Below, in pieces: positions 54,667 to 64,000 of a stretch of 64,000 bases of DNA (the stretch's first letter is position 1; each line of letters opens with the position of its first letter). The position numbers and the translations under genes are program-made. The notes under the pieces were generated by a model, which saw only the letters and a program-made list of their open reading frames with translations, did not search any database and was not told the origin of the DNA. Where the stretch lies: positions 62,001 through 126,000 of IMG/VR virus record IMGVR_UViG_3300021963_000021, one strand, 5' to 3'.

Positions 54667-57600
54667 ATGACCACAACGACTAGACAAAATAATTTAATAT
54701 TAGCAGAAGATTGGACTAGGATCTATCAGACTTTTAAGAATGCTGATTTCAAATCCTACGACTTTGAGAATCTTCGCCGTGTAATGATTGAGTATCTAAA
54801 GGAAAACTATCCTGAAGATTTCAACGATTATATTGAAAGTTCTGAGTATGTGGCTCTAATCGATCTGATAGCTTTCTTAGGTCAGAGTTTAGCTTTCCGC
54901 ATTGATCTTAACAGTCGCGAAAATTTTATAGAACTTGCTAGCAGAAAAGAATCTGTGCTAAGACTAGCACGTATGCTCAGCTACAATTCTAAAAGAAACA
55001 TTGCTGCGTCTGGACTTTTAAAATTTGATTCTGTTAGCACTACTGAAAATCTCTATGACAGTAACGGAATAAACCTAGCCAAGCAGACTATTCAATGGAA
55101 CGACCCTACAAACACTAATTGGTACGAGCAATTTATTGCGGTGTTAAATTCTGCTATGGTTCCATCAGTGGAGTTTGGAAAAAATCAAGGCGAAAACACA
55201 GTTGATGGAATAAACACAGAGCAGTACAGATTTAATTCTCTTACAACAGTAACTCCGGTATTTTCTATATCGAAAACAGTAGCTGCTAGGGGAATGAAGT
55301 TTGAAGTAGTTAGCACTTCTATCATTGGTTCGGAGGATATCTATGAAGAATCGCCGATACCTGGAAATCAACTAGGGTTTTTATACAGACAAGATGGTAA
55401 GGGAAATTCTAGTAATAATACAGGGTTTTTCTTGATGTTCAAGCAAGGCTCGTTAGAATCTGCTGAATTTACTATGACTCAGCCAACTACTAATGAAATC
55501 ATTGGTATTTCAACACTTAACATTAACAACGATGATTTTTGGTTGTACACATTAGATGGTAATTCTTCACCTTCTATTGAATGGAAAAAAGTTAGTTCGG
55601 TGTATGGTAACAATATCATATACAACAGTATTTCTAGCAACGACAGAAATGTCTACTCAGTGATAACAAAAGCCAACGATGCGGTTGATCTTTTATTCTC
55701 TGATGGAGTTTATGGAAATCTTCCTCAAGGTTCATTTAGAGCATATTACAGAGTTTCTAATGGTCTAGACTATACTATAAACCCTACAGAAATGAAAGGA
55801 GTAACCATTGAAATTCCTTATACAAATTCTGTAGGAGCACAGCATACTCTGTTTGTGACGTTGAGTTTGAATTATACAATTGATAATTCGTCTCCATCGG
55901 AAACTGTCGAATCAATAAGAGCAAAAGCACCGGCGCTGTATTATACACAGAATCGTATGATCACTGGAGAAGATTATAATCTTGCTCCGCTTGGCAGCAG
56001 TCAAGATATATTAAAAGTCAAAGCAGTGAATAGAACTTCTAGCGGAATTAGTCGCAACTTTGACATTGTGGATGCCAGTGGAAAATATTCTAAAGTAAAT
56101 GTTTTTGCTGACGACGGGTATGTCTACAGAACAGATAAAGAAAATGTCTTTACATTTAGATACACTAACAAAAATACAGTATTAAATTTTATTAGAAAAG
56201 TTGTTGAGCCAGCACTAGAAAGTTTTTCTACCTATAATTTTTACGTAACTAATTTTGACAAAATTGTCACGTCAGATGTTAACGTAAAGTGGTTACAGGC
56301 CACAAAGGATGTTAACGCTTCGACTGGATATTTTGGAAACTTCTTTGATAGCTTTCCTATTAAGGTAGGTAGCTCATACACTACCAGCAACTTAAAATAT
56401 GCCGAAGTTGGAGCACTAGTTAAATTTGTTACAGACCCTAATCTATCTCTAGCATTTAAGAATGGAGAGATAGTAGATTATGATCCTGCTGATCTAGAAC
56501 AAACACGATATATTTGGTCTAAGATAGTTAATATTGTTGGCGATGGTACTAATGCGGGTAAAGGAAATTTATCATCAGGTGTAGGACCAATTACATTCAG
56601 CGATGTTATTCCAACAGGATCTAGACCTTCTCAGGTAATTCCTAAATTTACTACAAATTTAAACTCTGACATTGAAGCAGAAATATTAAATCTAACATTT
56701 GCTTCTGAGACGTTTGGTCTAAGATACGACGTGTTATCTAGAGATTGGAAGATTGTAACATCTACAAATATTGATCTAAACAATGATTTCAGCTTGGGAC
56801 AAGCAGGAAGTACCACAAACAAGGCTCTTGATGCTTCGTGGATGATAGCATTTGTTTTTGACGGCACTGACTATGACGTAAGAGTCCGTATCACAGATTA
56901 TATTTTTAGCAGTGTAAGTCAAAATAGATTTTATTTTGACAGCAACGAAAAAATATACGACAGCAAAAATAGAACGGTGATCAAAGATCAAATAAAGATC
57001 TTAGGTATCAACACAACACCTGTAGGACGTGACAAGGGCTATATTGATGTAGCCAAAGAAATCATGGCACTAAAAGCTAGTAACATTGATTTTACTCTTG
57101 CGGATGTGCTTGATATTGTTGATCAGAAACAGGTACTCAAACAGGATATTCCTTTTGAAGTAGCAGACTCTGTTAGATTCGATGACGGATATCAAAGTTA
57201 TGAAAGTATTAAGGTAGCATTCTTTGACAGTGACGACGATGGTACTGTGGATAACCCTGATGCTTTTGACGAAGTTGTGGGCACAGATATCAATGACAAA
57301 TATTTGTTTTTTAGAAAAACAGTAGATGAATTTGGCTTCCAAAAATTAGAATATATCCCAAATGTCAACGGTAAAATTTTAATTAAAGACAAAGAAGTCA
57401 ACACCAGTGTTAACGATTATGATCATAATCAGTTGATATTCTTTTACGATCAGGAAGAAAATTTTATCAAGCGAGTTGACCTTGTAACAAGAACATTTAT
57501 ACTTGAGCCTAGCTATTCTGCCTTTATTGGTCGAGACAATCTCAAATTCCAATATATACACAATGCTAGTGCTGATAGAAGAATTGATCCTAGTGTAAGC

Positions 57601-58182
57601 AATATCATAGATGTGTATCTTTTAGAAAGACAATATGATATCAGTTACAGAAATTGGTTGTTGGGTTACAGCGCCACGGCTCCTGAAGTTCCAACACCAG
57701 AAGCATTAAGAATATCTTATGGGGCAGCATTGACAGAAATCAAAGCTATCAGCGATGAAATTGTATATCATCCTGTGAGATACTTTCCATTGTTTGGTGA
57801 CAGAGCACCTGTTGAATTCCAAGCAACATTTAAGGTTGTAAAAAATCCTTCAGAAACAATCAATGACAATGATCTCAAAGTCAAAATAATTAATTCCATT
57901 AATGAATTTTTTACCATAGACAATTGGGACTTTGGTGACAAATTTTATGCCAGCGAATTAATCACATACATCATAAAACAAAATGCTCCAGATATTAGTA
58001 ATATAGCATTGGTTCCGAAGCAACAAAATCAAGCGTATGGTAGCTTGATAGAAATCCAAGCAAGGCCGGATGAGATATTGGTTAGCGCAGCAACAGTTGA
58101 CAACATTTTGATATTATCAAACATCACAGCAGGTGAGTTAAATCTTTTAACTTCGCAGGTTGTTAGTAAAACAAGTGAATAA
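54667..58182 (+). CDS. gp6: Baseplate wedge protein, gp6-like (1171 aa)
   Basis: YDFE.LR, FNDYIESSE, ENF...A.R.ESVLRLA..L.Y, FSDGVYG.LP, TQNRMITGEDY motifs; TAAATA at 54645-54650. Confidence 0.85.
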   Translation: MTTTTRQNNLILAEDWTRIYQTFKNADFKSYDFENLRRVMIEYLKENYPEDFNDYIESSEYVALIDLIAFLGQSLAFRIDLNSRENFIELASRKESVLRLARMLSYNSKRNIAASGLLKFDSVSTTENLYDSNGINLAKQTIQWNDPTNTNWYEQFIAVLNSAMVPSVEFGKNQGENTVDGINTEQYRFNSLTTVTPVFSISKTVAARGMKFEVVSTSIIGSEDIYEESPIPGNQLGFLYRQDGKGNSSNNTGFFLMFKQGSLESAEFTMTQPTTNEIIGISTLNINNDDFWLYTLDGNSSPSIEWKKVSSVYGNNIIYNSISSNDRNVYSVITKANDAVDLLFSDGVYGNLPQGSFRAYYRVSNGLDYTINPTEMKGVTIEIPYTNSVGAQHTLFVTLSLNYTIDNSSPSETVESIRAKAPALYYTQNRMITGEDYNLAPLGSSQDILKVKAVNRTSSGISRNFDIVDASGKYSKVNVFADDGYVYRTDKENVFTFRYTNKNTVLNFIRKVVEPALESFSTYNFYVTNFDKIVTSDVNVKWLQATKDVNASTGYFGNFFDSFPIKVGSSYTTSNLKYAEVGALVKFVTDPNLSLAFKNGEIVDYDPADLEQTRYIWSKIVNIVGDGTNAGKGNLSSGVGPITFSDVIPTGSRPSQVIPKFTTNLNSDIEAEILNLTFASETFGLRYDVLSRDWKIVTSTNIDLNNDFSLGQAGSTTNKALDASWMIAFVFDGTDYDVRVRITDYIFSSVSQNRFYFDSNEKIYDSKNRTVIKDQIKILGINTTPVGRDKGYIDVAKEIMALKASNIDFTLADVLDIVDQKQVLKQDIPFEVADSVRFDDGYQSYESIKVAFFDSDDDGTVDNPDAFDEVVGTDINDKYLFFRKTVDEFGFQKLEYIPNVNGKILIKDKEVNTSVNDYDHNQLIFFYDQEENFIKRVDLVTRTFILEPSYSAFIGRDNLKFQYIHNASADRRIDPSVSNIIDVYLLERQYDISYRNWLLGYSATAPEVPTPEALRISYGAALTEIKAISDEIVYHPVRYFPLFGDRAPVEFQATFKVVKNPSETINDNDLKVKIINSINEFFTIDNWDFGDKFYASELITYIIKQNAPDISNIALVPKQQNQAYGSLIEIQARPDEILVSAATVDNILILSNITAGELNLLTSQVVSKTSE

Positions 58183-58184
58183 CA

Positions 58185-61100
58185 ATGGATAAAAAAGTTT
58201 TCAAACAAAGTGGATTACCAGTTAGAAAAACCGTAGATCTCTTACCAGAGATTTTTAAATCGCCTTCAAACGATAAATTTTTAGGTGCTACTTTAGATGC
58301 TTTGGTACAACCAGGATCACTGGAAAGATTAACTGGCTACATAGGACGAACCTATGGCAAGACATATAATTCTAAAGATGTTTATCTAGATATCACTCCG
58401 TCTTTAAGACATTCCTATCAACTTGAACCTGGCGTAACTGTTGATAAAAATAATAGAACTAATAGATTCTATGATTATATTGATTTTAAAAATCAACAAA
58501 AATATTTTGGCAGTAAACAAGAAAGAGATGATTTAGTCACAGGTCAAGAACACTACACTTGGAATCCTCCTATCGATTGGGATAAGTTTGTTAACTATCG
58601 AGAATACTATTGGTTGCCTCAAGGTCCTGATGCTGTACAAGTTCTGGGACAAGGCCAAGAAGTTGTAAGTTCTTACAGAGTTAGATCAGATGGCCAAAAC
58701 GAATGGCTGTTTATTCCGGACGGGTTATCAAGAAATCCTAACATTATATTATATAGAGGACAAACCTACGAGTTCAATGTAAATGCTCCTGGGGATCCTT
58801 TTTATATTAGAACAAGCAATGTATTAGGTGGTCAGTCAGACTTTAATAGAGGTGTGACTAACAATGGTGCTGAAGTTGGAAAAATTATTTTTACAGTGCC
58901 AAACGATGCTCCAGACCTGCTCTATTATCAAAGCTCAAATAACATTAATAGAGTCGGCACTTTTAGAATTTTTAATGTCACTGACAACACATACCTTGAT
59001 GTTGAAAAAGAAATTCTAGGCAAAGACAAATATACCAGCACCAACGGTGTTGTGTTTTCTAATGGTCTAAAGGTAGAATTTACTGGAAAAACAACTCCTG
59101 AAAAATATGCTAACGGCTATTGGATAGTTGAGGGTGTTGGCACAGATATTAGGCTAGTTAAATTCTCTGATCTAGAATTGCCGCCGATTTCTAATCCAAA
59201 TCAAATAATTGTTTTTGACGACGGCGGGTTTGACGAACAACCTTTTGATGATGCTACATCATATCCTTCGACTAAGGACTACATAACCATTAATAGATCA
59301 AGTAAAGATAAAAATCCTTGGTCTAGATATAATCGTTGGTTCCACAGATCTGTAGTTGAGTATGCTGCTCAGTTAAATGACAGTGTTGCTCAGGTATCAG
59401 AGAGTAATCGAGCAAAGAGACCTATTATTGAATTTTCGTCTGGACTCCAGATGTTTAATCATGGTACAGTTGCCAAAGATTCTGTTGATCTAATAGATGA
59501 CTTTACAACAGATGTATTTTCAAATATCGAAGGAACTGCGGGTTACAATATTGACGGTATTGATCTTGCTGACGGTATGCGTGTGTTGTTTACTGCTGAC
59601 ACAGATTCTTTAGTAAAAAATAAAATATATGTGGTCAATTTTATTACAGTACAAACTAGCACAAACGTCACGAATAGAAAACAAATAAGTTTAGTTGAAG
59701 CAGAGGATTCTAACACACAACCTGGCGAAGGTCTAATAGTTAGACTAGGTAAAACCAATGCTGGCCGCATGTACCACTTTGATGGGTCTGACTGGAATAA
59801 GAGTCAAACAAAAACAGCCATCAACCAATCACCTCTATTTGATGTTTATGACAGCGATGGAATTTCTTTATCAGATAGTTCTAAGTATGGAACATCTAGC
59901 TTTGAAGGAACAAAAATAGTCAACTATAAAGTTGGCACAGGTGTAGTTGACAGTGAATTAGGGTTCCCTATCAGTTATTTGAATATCGAAAACTCTGGAG
60001 ATATCGTATTTGAGGTGTCTTGGGAAACTGATAAATTTGTTAGCCGAATTGGTACAACGTCGACTTCTTACGAAATTGCCGCAAACTTTTATAGAGTAAA
60101 CAAAAGTCTTTCGGACTATTCATATGGCAACGGCTGGGCACTGTTTGACAACGAATACTATCAGCCTATCGTACAGGTAAAAACTATATCTGAATCTACA
60201 GATAGAATTGTTTTTGAAACCTGTTTCTGGAAAACAGCAACTAGAGAAGAAATCTTTTTTTACCTTAATGGTAAAAAAATAAACGATGCGTGGACTTCTG
60301 AAATTAATACAACACGAACTTTTGTTTTTAATAAAACTTTCGCTGTTGGTGATGTGTTAACAATTAAGGTATACACAGACGCAGAACCAGATCAAGGATT
60401 CTACGAGTTTCCAGTTGGTTTAGAAAAAAATCCTTTGAACCAAGATGTAAAAGAATTTTCTCTAGGTCAAGTTAATGATCATCTTGGTTCTATGGTTGAG
60501 CTGTCAAAAGAATTTAACGGTATATTTCCTGGTTCAAGTAATTTGCGAGATATCTCGGACTATAGAAATTACGGTAGAAGATTTTTTAAACATTCGGGAA
60601 TATCGAGCATAGCATTACCGATGCTATGTGACAAGACATTTAACATTGTTAAGGCATTGAGATTTGCCTCTTACGAATACGAAAAATTTAAAAATACTTT
60701 GTTAATCAAAGTTTTAGATCTCCCGTATGACGATGGTAGTGTTGTGGATCTCATAGAAGCTGCTATTTCTAAATTAACTTCTGTTAAAACCAAAAATGCT
60801 CCGTTCGCTAATTCGGACATGATTGGTAGTGGAGCATTTAAATCTATAAAGTACACAGTAGAAGATGAAGGTATTACTACATTTGCTCTATCATCTAAGT
60901 TTGATTTAACAGTTCCATCTGACAAAGCGGTCTATGTTTATATCAATGATAATCAACTTTTACACGAAGTAGACTACGAGTTTGACTCGACTTTTGGTTT
61001 TATAAAAATTAAAAAACCGTTAGTTGAAGATGACGTAATTGAGATACGTGAGTACTATTCGACGTCATTTAACTTTATTCCTCAAACACCAACAAAGTTG

Positions 61101-64000
61101 GGACTGGCTAAAAAATATGTTCCTAGAATCTACATAGACGACACCTATGTCACTCCTACGAAAGTGATACAAGGCCATGACGGTAGTATCACTGTAGCCT
61201 ATGATGATTATAGAGATGATGTTCTTTTAGAACTTGAAAAAAGAATTTACAATAATATTAAAGAAGAATACAATCCTCAGATTTTAGATACGGATAAAAT
61301 CTATGGAGGGTATTATAGAAATTCTGTCTTTACAAAGAAAGATCTTGATAGTATTTTAGCTTCAGAGTTTTTAAAATGGTCTGCTGGTTTAACCAAAGAC
61401 ATATATGTCAACGACTACTTTGACCAAGACAATCCTTTCACATATACATATTCAAGAGCATCAGACGTAACAAGAACAGAGCAGCTACCTAAGCATTGGA
61501 GAGGTATTTACAAATACATCTACGAAACCGACAGACCCCATATCTGTCCTTGGGAAATGTTAGGCTTCAGCGAAAAACCTCTATGGTGGGAAGATGAATA
61601 CGGTCCTGCTCCTTACACCAGCGGAAATCTGTTGTTATGGGAAGATCTAAGAGATGGGGTTATACGAAAAGGTGCCAGCGCAGGCACACATCCAAGATAT
61701 GCTAGGCCCAACCTCTTACAGATAATACCAGTTGATGAAAATGGCCAACTAAAAGATCCTACAACTATTGGATGTATTGTTGACTATTCTAATAATAAAA
61801 TATCTGAAAGTTTTACATTTGGTGATATAGCACCTGTAGAAAACGCATGGAGGAAAAGCAGTTCTTATCCGTTTGCTGTACTAATCGCCCTTTGCGTACA
61901 ACGTCCAATGGAAGTAATTTCTACAAACTTTGATAGAAACAAAGTTAAAAGAAATATTATTAATCAATTAGTATCTACAGATACAAACCAGTTTATTGAT
62001 CTAGAAACGATTAAATCGTCAGTGGTTGACGGGTATACACCTGTTGGCCTATTCAGTTATGTTTTAGATTACATTAGATCTAATGCTGTTAACACAGAAT
62101 CATTATATGATTTCTTTAGTAACTATAATGTTAAGTTGTCTAGTCGCATTGGCGGGTTTGTTGATAAATCACAACAGAAATATCTATTAGACAGCAAGAG
62201 TCCGCAGAGTAAAACATCTGGAGTGTTTATTCCTCAAGAAGATTACGAGATATTTTTTAATGTAAGTTCACCATCTTCCGTGGTAACATATTCTGGTGTT
62301 ATCATAGAAAAAGTTCCTACAGGATTTAAACTATCAGGGTATGATAAGCTAGATGCTAGTTTTGTATATTATGATTATTTTGCCAGATTAGATGACCCTG
62401 CGATATCCGTTGGAGGCGTCAGCGAAAACTACTCTGATTGGACTACTGAAAAATTTTATAGCAAAGGGGCACTTGTAAAATACAATTCTAAATTTTACAG
62501 AGTCTCTCAAACACATACTAGTGGTCAAACATTTGACAGTAATCAATTTGTTGAAATTTCTACACTTCCACTTGTAGGCGCTGTTACAGCAGTTAAGAGA
62601 ACTTCTTTTGACAAGCAGACTGTGTTAACAACGCCCTATGGAACTGTTATTGAAAATATACAAGGGGTAGTCGATTTCTTGTTAGGCTATCAAGCATACA
62701 TGAAAGATCAAGGACTTGTATTTGATGATTATAATACAGATCTACAAGTTTCAAACGATTGGGAAACCAGTTGTAAAGAATTCATGTTCTGGACAACCCA
62801 TAACTGGGCCACTGGTGCTATCATATCGTTGAGCCCTGCTGCTCTAAAGATAAAAATAACAGCAGTTGGTAGCGTAGCAGATAACATATTAGATACATTC
62901 TACGACTACTCCATATTCAAAGCCGACGGAACAAAGTTATCTCCAGATGAAGTTGATGTATATAGAACCTATAATGAAATTATACTAGCACCTAGTAGTG
63001 TGACTACTGGTATCTATTATGCTAAGATTAGTTTTGTCTTAAAAGAACATGTGGTACTATTCAACGACAGAACTATATTCAATGATGTTATCTATGACAA
63101 AGGTCCTGGTTATAGACAGGAAAGAATTAAAGTTCTAGGTTTTAGAACCAGCGACTGGGACGGTGATTATACAAGTCCGGGATTTATCTATGATGTTGCT
63201 GATATTAATCCTTGGGAAAAATATACTGATTACAGACTAGGCGACATTGTACAATTTAAACAATTTAATTACGTCAGCAAGTATTTCCAGAAAGGTACTG
63301 CTGAGTTTGATAGGGCTGGATGGGAAAAACTTGATTCAGAACCGACGTCTGGTTTAGTAGCAAACTTTGATTATAAAATTAATCAAATTGAAGATTTCTA
63401 CGAAGTTGATTATCAAGGTATCAATAACGAGCAAAAAGTAATGGCTCGACATTCTATTGGTTATCAGAAACGAGAATTTTTACAAGACATGGCAGAAGAT
63501 GAAGTCAGTCAGTTTAGACTTTATCAAGGCTACATCAAAGAAAAAGGCACATACAACGCCATAACTAAGGTGTTTGATAAACTTAGTAGAATCCCCGAAG
63601 ACTCTGTAGAGCTTAAAGAAGAGTGGGCATTCTTGTTAGGAAGCATGGGCGGCACAGAGCAGTATAATGAAATAGAATTTTCTTTGAAACAAAATGCTCT
63701 TAAATTAAATCCTCAACCAGTGCTTTTAAATGAAAGAAACACATCAAAATCTGAATATCAAAATTATATTATTGTAAAGCAGAACGATTATACTGTAGGC
63801 AATAACTCTTATAAATTCCCAGTCAAGGATTATCCTGTAGGCAATTGGACTGCTGGATATGTTTACGCAGATGATGTTGATTATGTAGTTTCTTCATTCG
63901 CAGACATTTATCTACAAGATGTGACCACCTATAAAAACGGTCAAACAACTTGGGTGACATTTACAGATACTGGGTGGAATGTTTTAAGATATAGAATCAG
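58185..64000 (+). CDS. Giant baseplate wedge protein, gp7-like (>1930 aa, truncated by window end)
   Basis: Absent from the ORF track, consistent with no stop in the window. ATG at 58185 just after the gp6 stop: MDKKVFKQSGLPVRKTVDLLPEIF...YQLEPG...IDWDKFVNYREYYWLPQGP. Confidence 0.75.
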   Translation, partial: MDKKVFKQSGLPVRKTVDLLPEIFKSPSNDKFLGATLDALVQPGSLERLTGYIGRTYGKTYNSKDVYLDITPSLRHSYQLEPGVTVDKNNRTNRFYDYIDFKNQQKYFGSKQERDDLVTGQEHYTWNPPIDWDKFVNYREYYWLPQGPDAVQVLGQGQEVVSSYRVRSDGQNEWLFIPDGLSRNPNIILYRGQTYEFNVNAPGDPFYIRTSNVLGGQSDFNRGVTNNGAEVGKIIFTVPNDAPDLLYYQSSNNINRVGTFRIFNVTDNTYLDVEKEILGKDKYTSTNGVVFSNGLKVEFTGKTTPEKYANGYWIVEGVGTDIRLVKFSDLELPPISNPNQIIVFDDGGFDEQPFDDATSYPSTKDYITINRSSKDKNPWSRYNRWFHRSVVEYAAQLNDSVAQVSESNRAKRPIIEFSSGLQMFNHGTVAKDSVDLIDDFTTDVFSNIEGTAGYNIDGIDLADGMRVLFTADTDSLVKNKIYVVNFITVQTSTNVTNRKQISLVEAEDSNTQPGEGLIVRLGKTNAGRMYHFDGSDWNKSQTKTAINQSPLFDVYDSDGISLSDSSKYGTSSFEGTKIVNYKVGTGVVDSELGFPISYLNIENSGDIVFEVSWETDKFVSRIGTTSTSYEIAANFYRVNKSLSDYSYGNGWALFDNEYYQPIVQVKTISESTDRIVFETCFWKTATREEIFFYLNGKKINDAWTSEINTTRTFVFNKTFAVGDVLTIKVYTDAEPDQGFYEFPVGLEKNPLNQDVKEFSLGQVNDHLGSMVELSKEFNGIFPGSSNLRDISDYRNYGRRFFKHSGISSIALPMLCDKTFNIVKALRFASYEYEKFKNTLLIKVLDLPYDDGSVVDLIEAAISKLTSVKTKNAPFANSDMIGSGAFKSIKYTVEDEGITTFALSSKFDLTVPSDKAVYVYINDNQLLHEVDYEFDSTFGFIKIKKPLVEDDVIEIREYYSTSFNFIPQTPTKLGLAKKYVPRIYIDDTYVTPTKVIQGHDGSITVAYDDYRDDVLLELEKRIYNNIKEEYNPQILDTDKIYGGYYRNSVFTKKDLDSILASEFLKWSAGLTKDIYVNDYFDQDNPFTYTYSRASDVTRTEQLPKHWRGIYKYIYETDRPHICPWEMLGFSEKPLWWEDEYGPAPYTSGNLLLWEDLRDGVIRKGASAGTHPRYARPNLLQIIPVDENGQLKDPTTIGCIVDYSNNKISESFTFGDIAPVENAWRKSSSYPFAVLIALCVQRPMEVISTNFDRNKVKRNIINQLVSTDTNQFIDLETIKSSVVDGYTPVGLFSYVLDYIRSNAVNTESLYDFFSNYNVKLSSRIGGFVDKSQQKYLLDSKSPQSKTSGVFIPQEDYEIFFNVSSPSSVVTYSGVIIEKVPTGFKLSGYDKLDASFVYYDYFARLDDPAISVGGVSENYSDWTTEKFYSKGALVKYNSKFYRVSQTHTSGQTFDSNQFVEISTLPLVGAVTAVKRTSFDKQTVLTTPYGTVIENIQGVVDFLLGYQAYMKDQGLVFDDYNTDLQVSNDWETSCKEFMFWTTHNWATGAIISLSPAALKIKITAVGSVADNILDTFYDYSIFKADGTKLSPDEVDVYRTYNEIILAPSSVTTGIYYAKISFVLKEHVVLFNDRTIFNDVIYDKGPGYRQERIKVLGFRTSDWDGDYTSPGFIYDVADINPWEKYTDYRLGDIVQFKQFNYVSKYFQKGTAEFDRAGWEKLDSEPTSGLVANFDYKINQIEDFYEVDYQGINNEQKVMARHSIGYQKREFLQDMAEDEVSQFRLYQGYIKEKGTYNAITKVFDKLSRIPEDSVELKEEWAFLLGSMGGTEQYNEIEFSLKQNALKLNPQPVLLNERNTSKSEYQNYIIVKQNDYTVGNNSYKFPVKDYPVGNWTAGYVYADDVDYVVSSFADIYLQDVTTYKNGQTTWVTFTDTGWNVLRYRI

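Noticed and set aside
1932-60925. Numerous 60-250-aa antisense ORFs over the large genes (e.g. 31129..31881, 33113..33631)
   Set aside because: Expected from codon bias on the opposite strand of long genes; they lack SDs and show mirror-image low-complexity composition.
1-64000. Stop-codon reassignment, tRNA genes, inteins
   Set aside because: Genes are full length in the standard code. I saw no tRNA cloverleaf in the few intergenic gaps and no intein motifs or size anomalies in portal, gp46, gp47 or gp55.

Overview
This is a 64-kb segment of a large T4-like (T4-superfamily) myophage genome, dominated by virion genes. Minus strand, 1-41.6 kb: Cys/Gly-rich proteins, two pairs of giant paralogous fibre-like proteins with small partner genes, the head module (major capsid gp23, scaffold gp22, protease gp21, acidic core protein, a glycosyltransferase-like gene, portal gp20) and two tandem tape-measure-like paralogues. 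The middle holds gp26/gp51-like genes, a putative internal head protein, a ~460-nt structured non-coding region directly 3' of a stand-alone GIY-YIG nuclease, gp46/gp47 and the gp55 late sigma factor. The plus strand from 49 kb is a baseplate module (tube initiator, gp53, hub, gp5, gp25, gp6 and a giant gp7-like ORF running off the window). TAAATA late-promoter motifs precede many transcription units. Top leads: (1) a minimal GIY-YIG nuclease plus a large structured RNA with repeated modules, a candidate RNP system; (2) a -1 frameshift signal (T TTT TTC plus H-type pseudoknot) that would fuse the gp26-like and gp51-like ORFs like lambda G/GT; (3) duplicated tape measures with one intact and one degenerate M23 peptidase; (4) Cys-rich adhesin-like paralogues sharing DNA-identical anchors; (5) structured late leaders, including a promoter inside an RBS-sequestering hairpin. 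All family calls come from motif recognition by eye; no searches were run.
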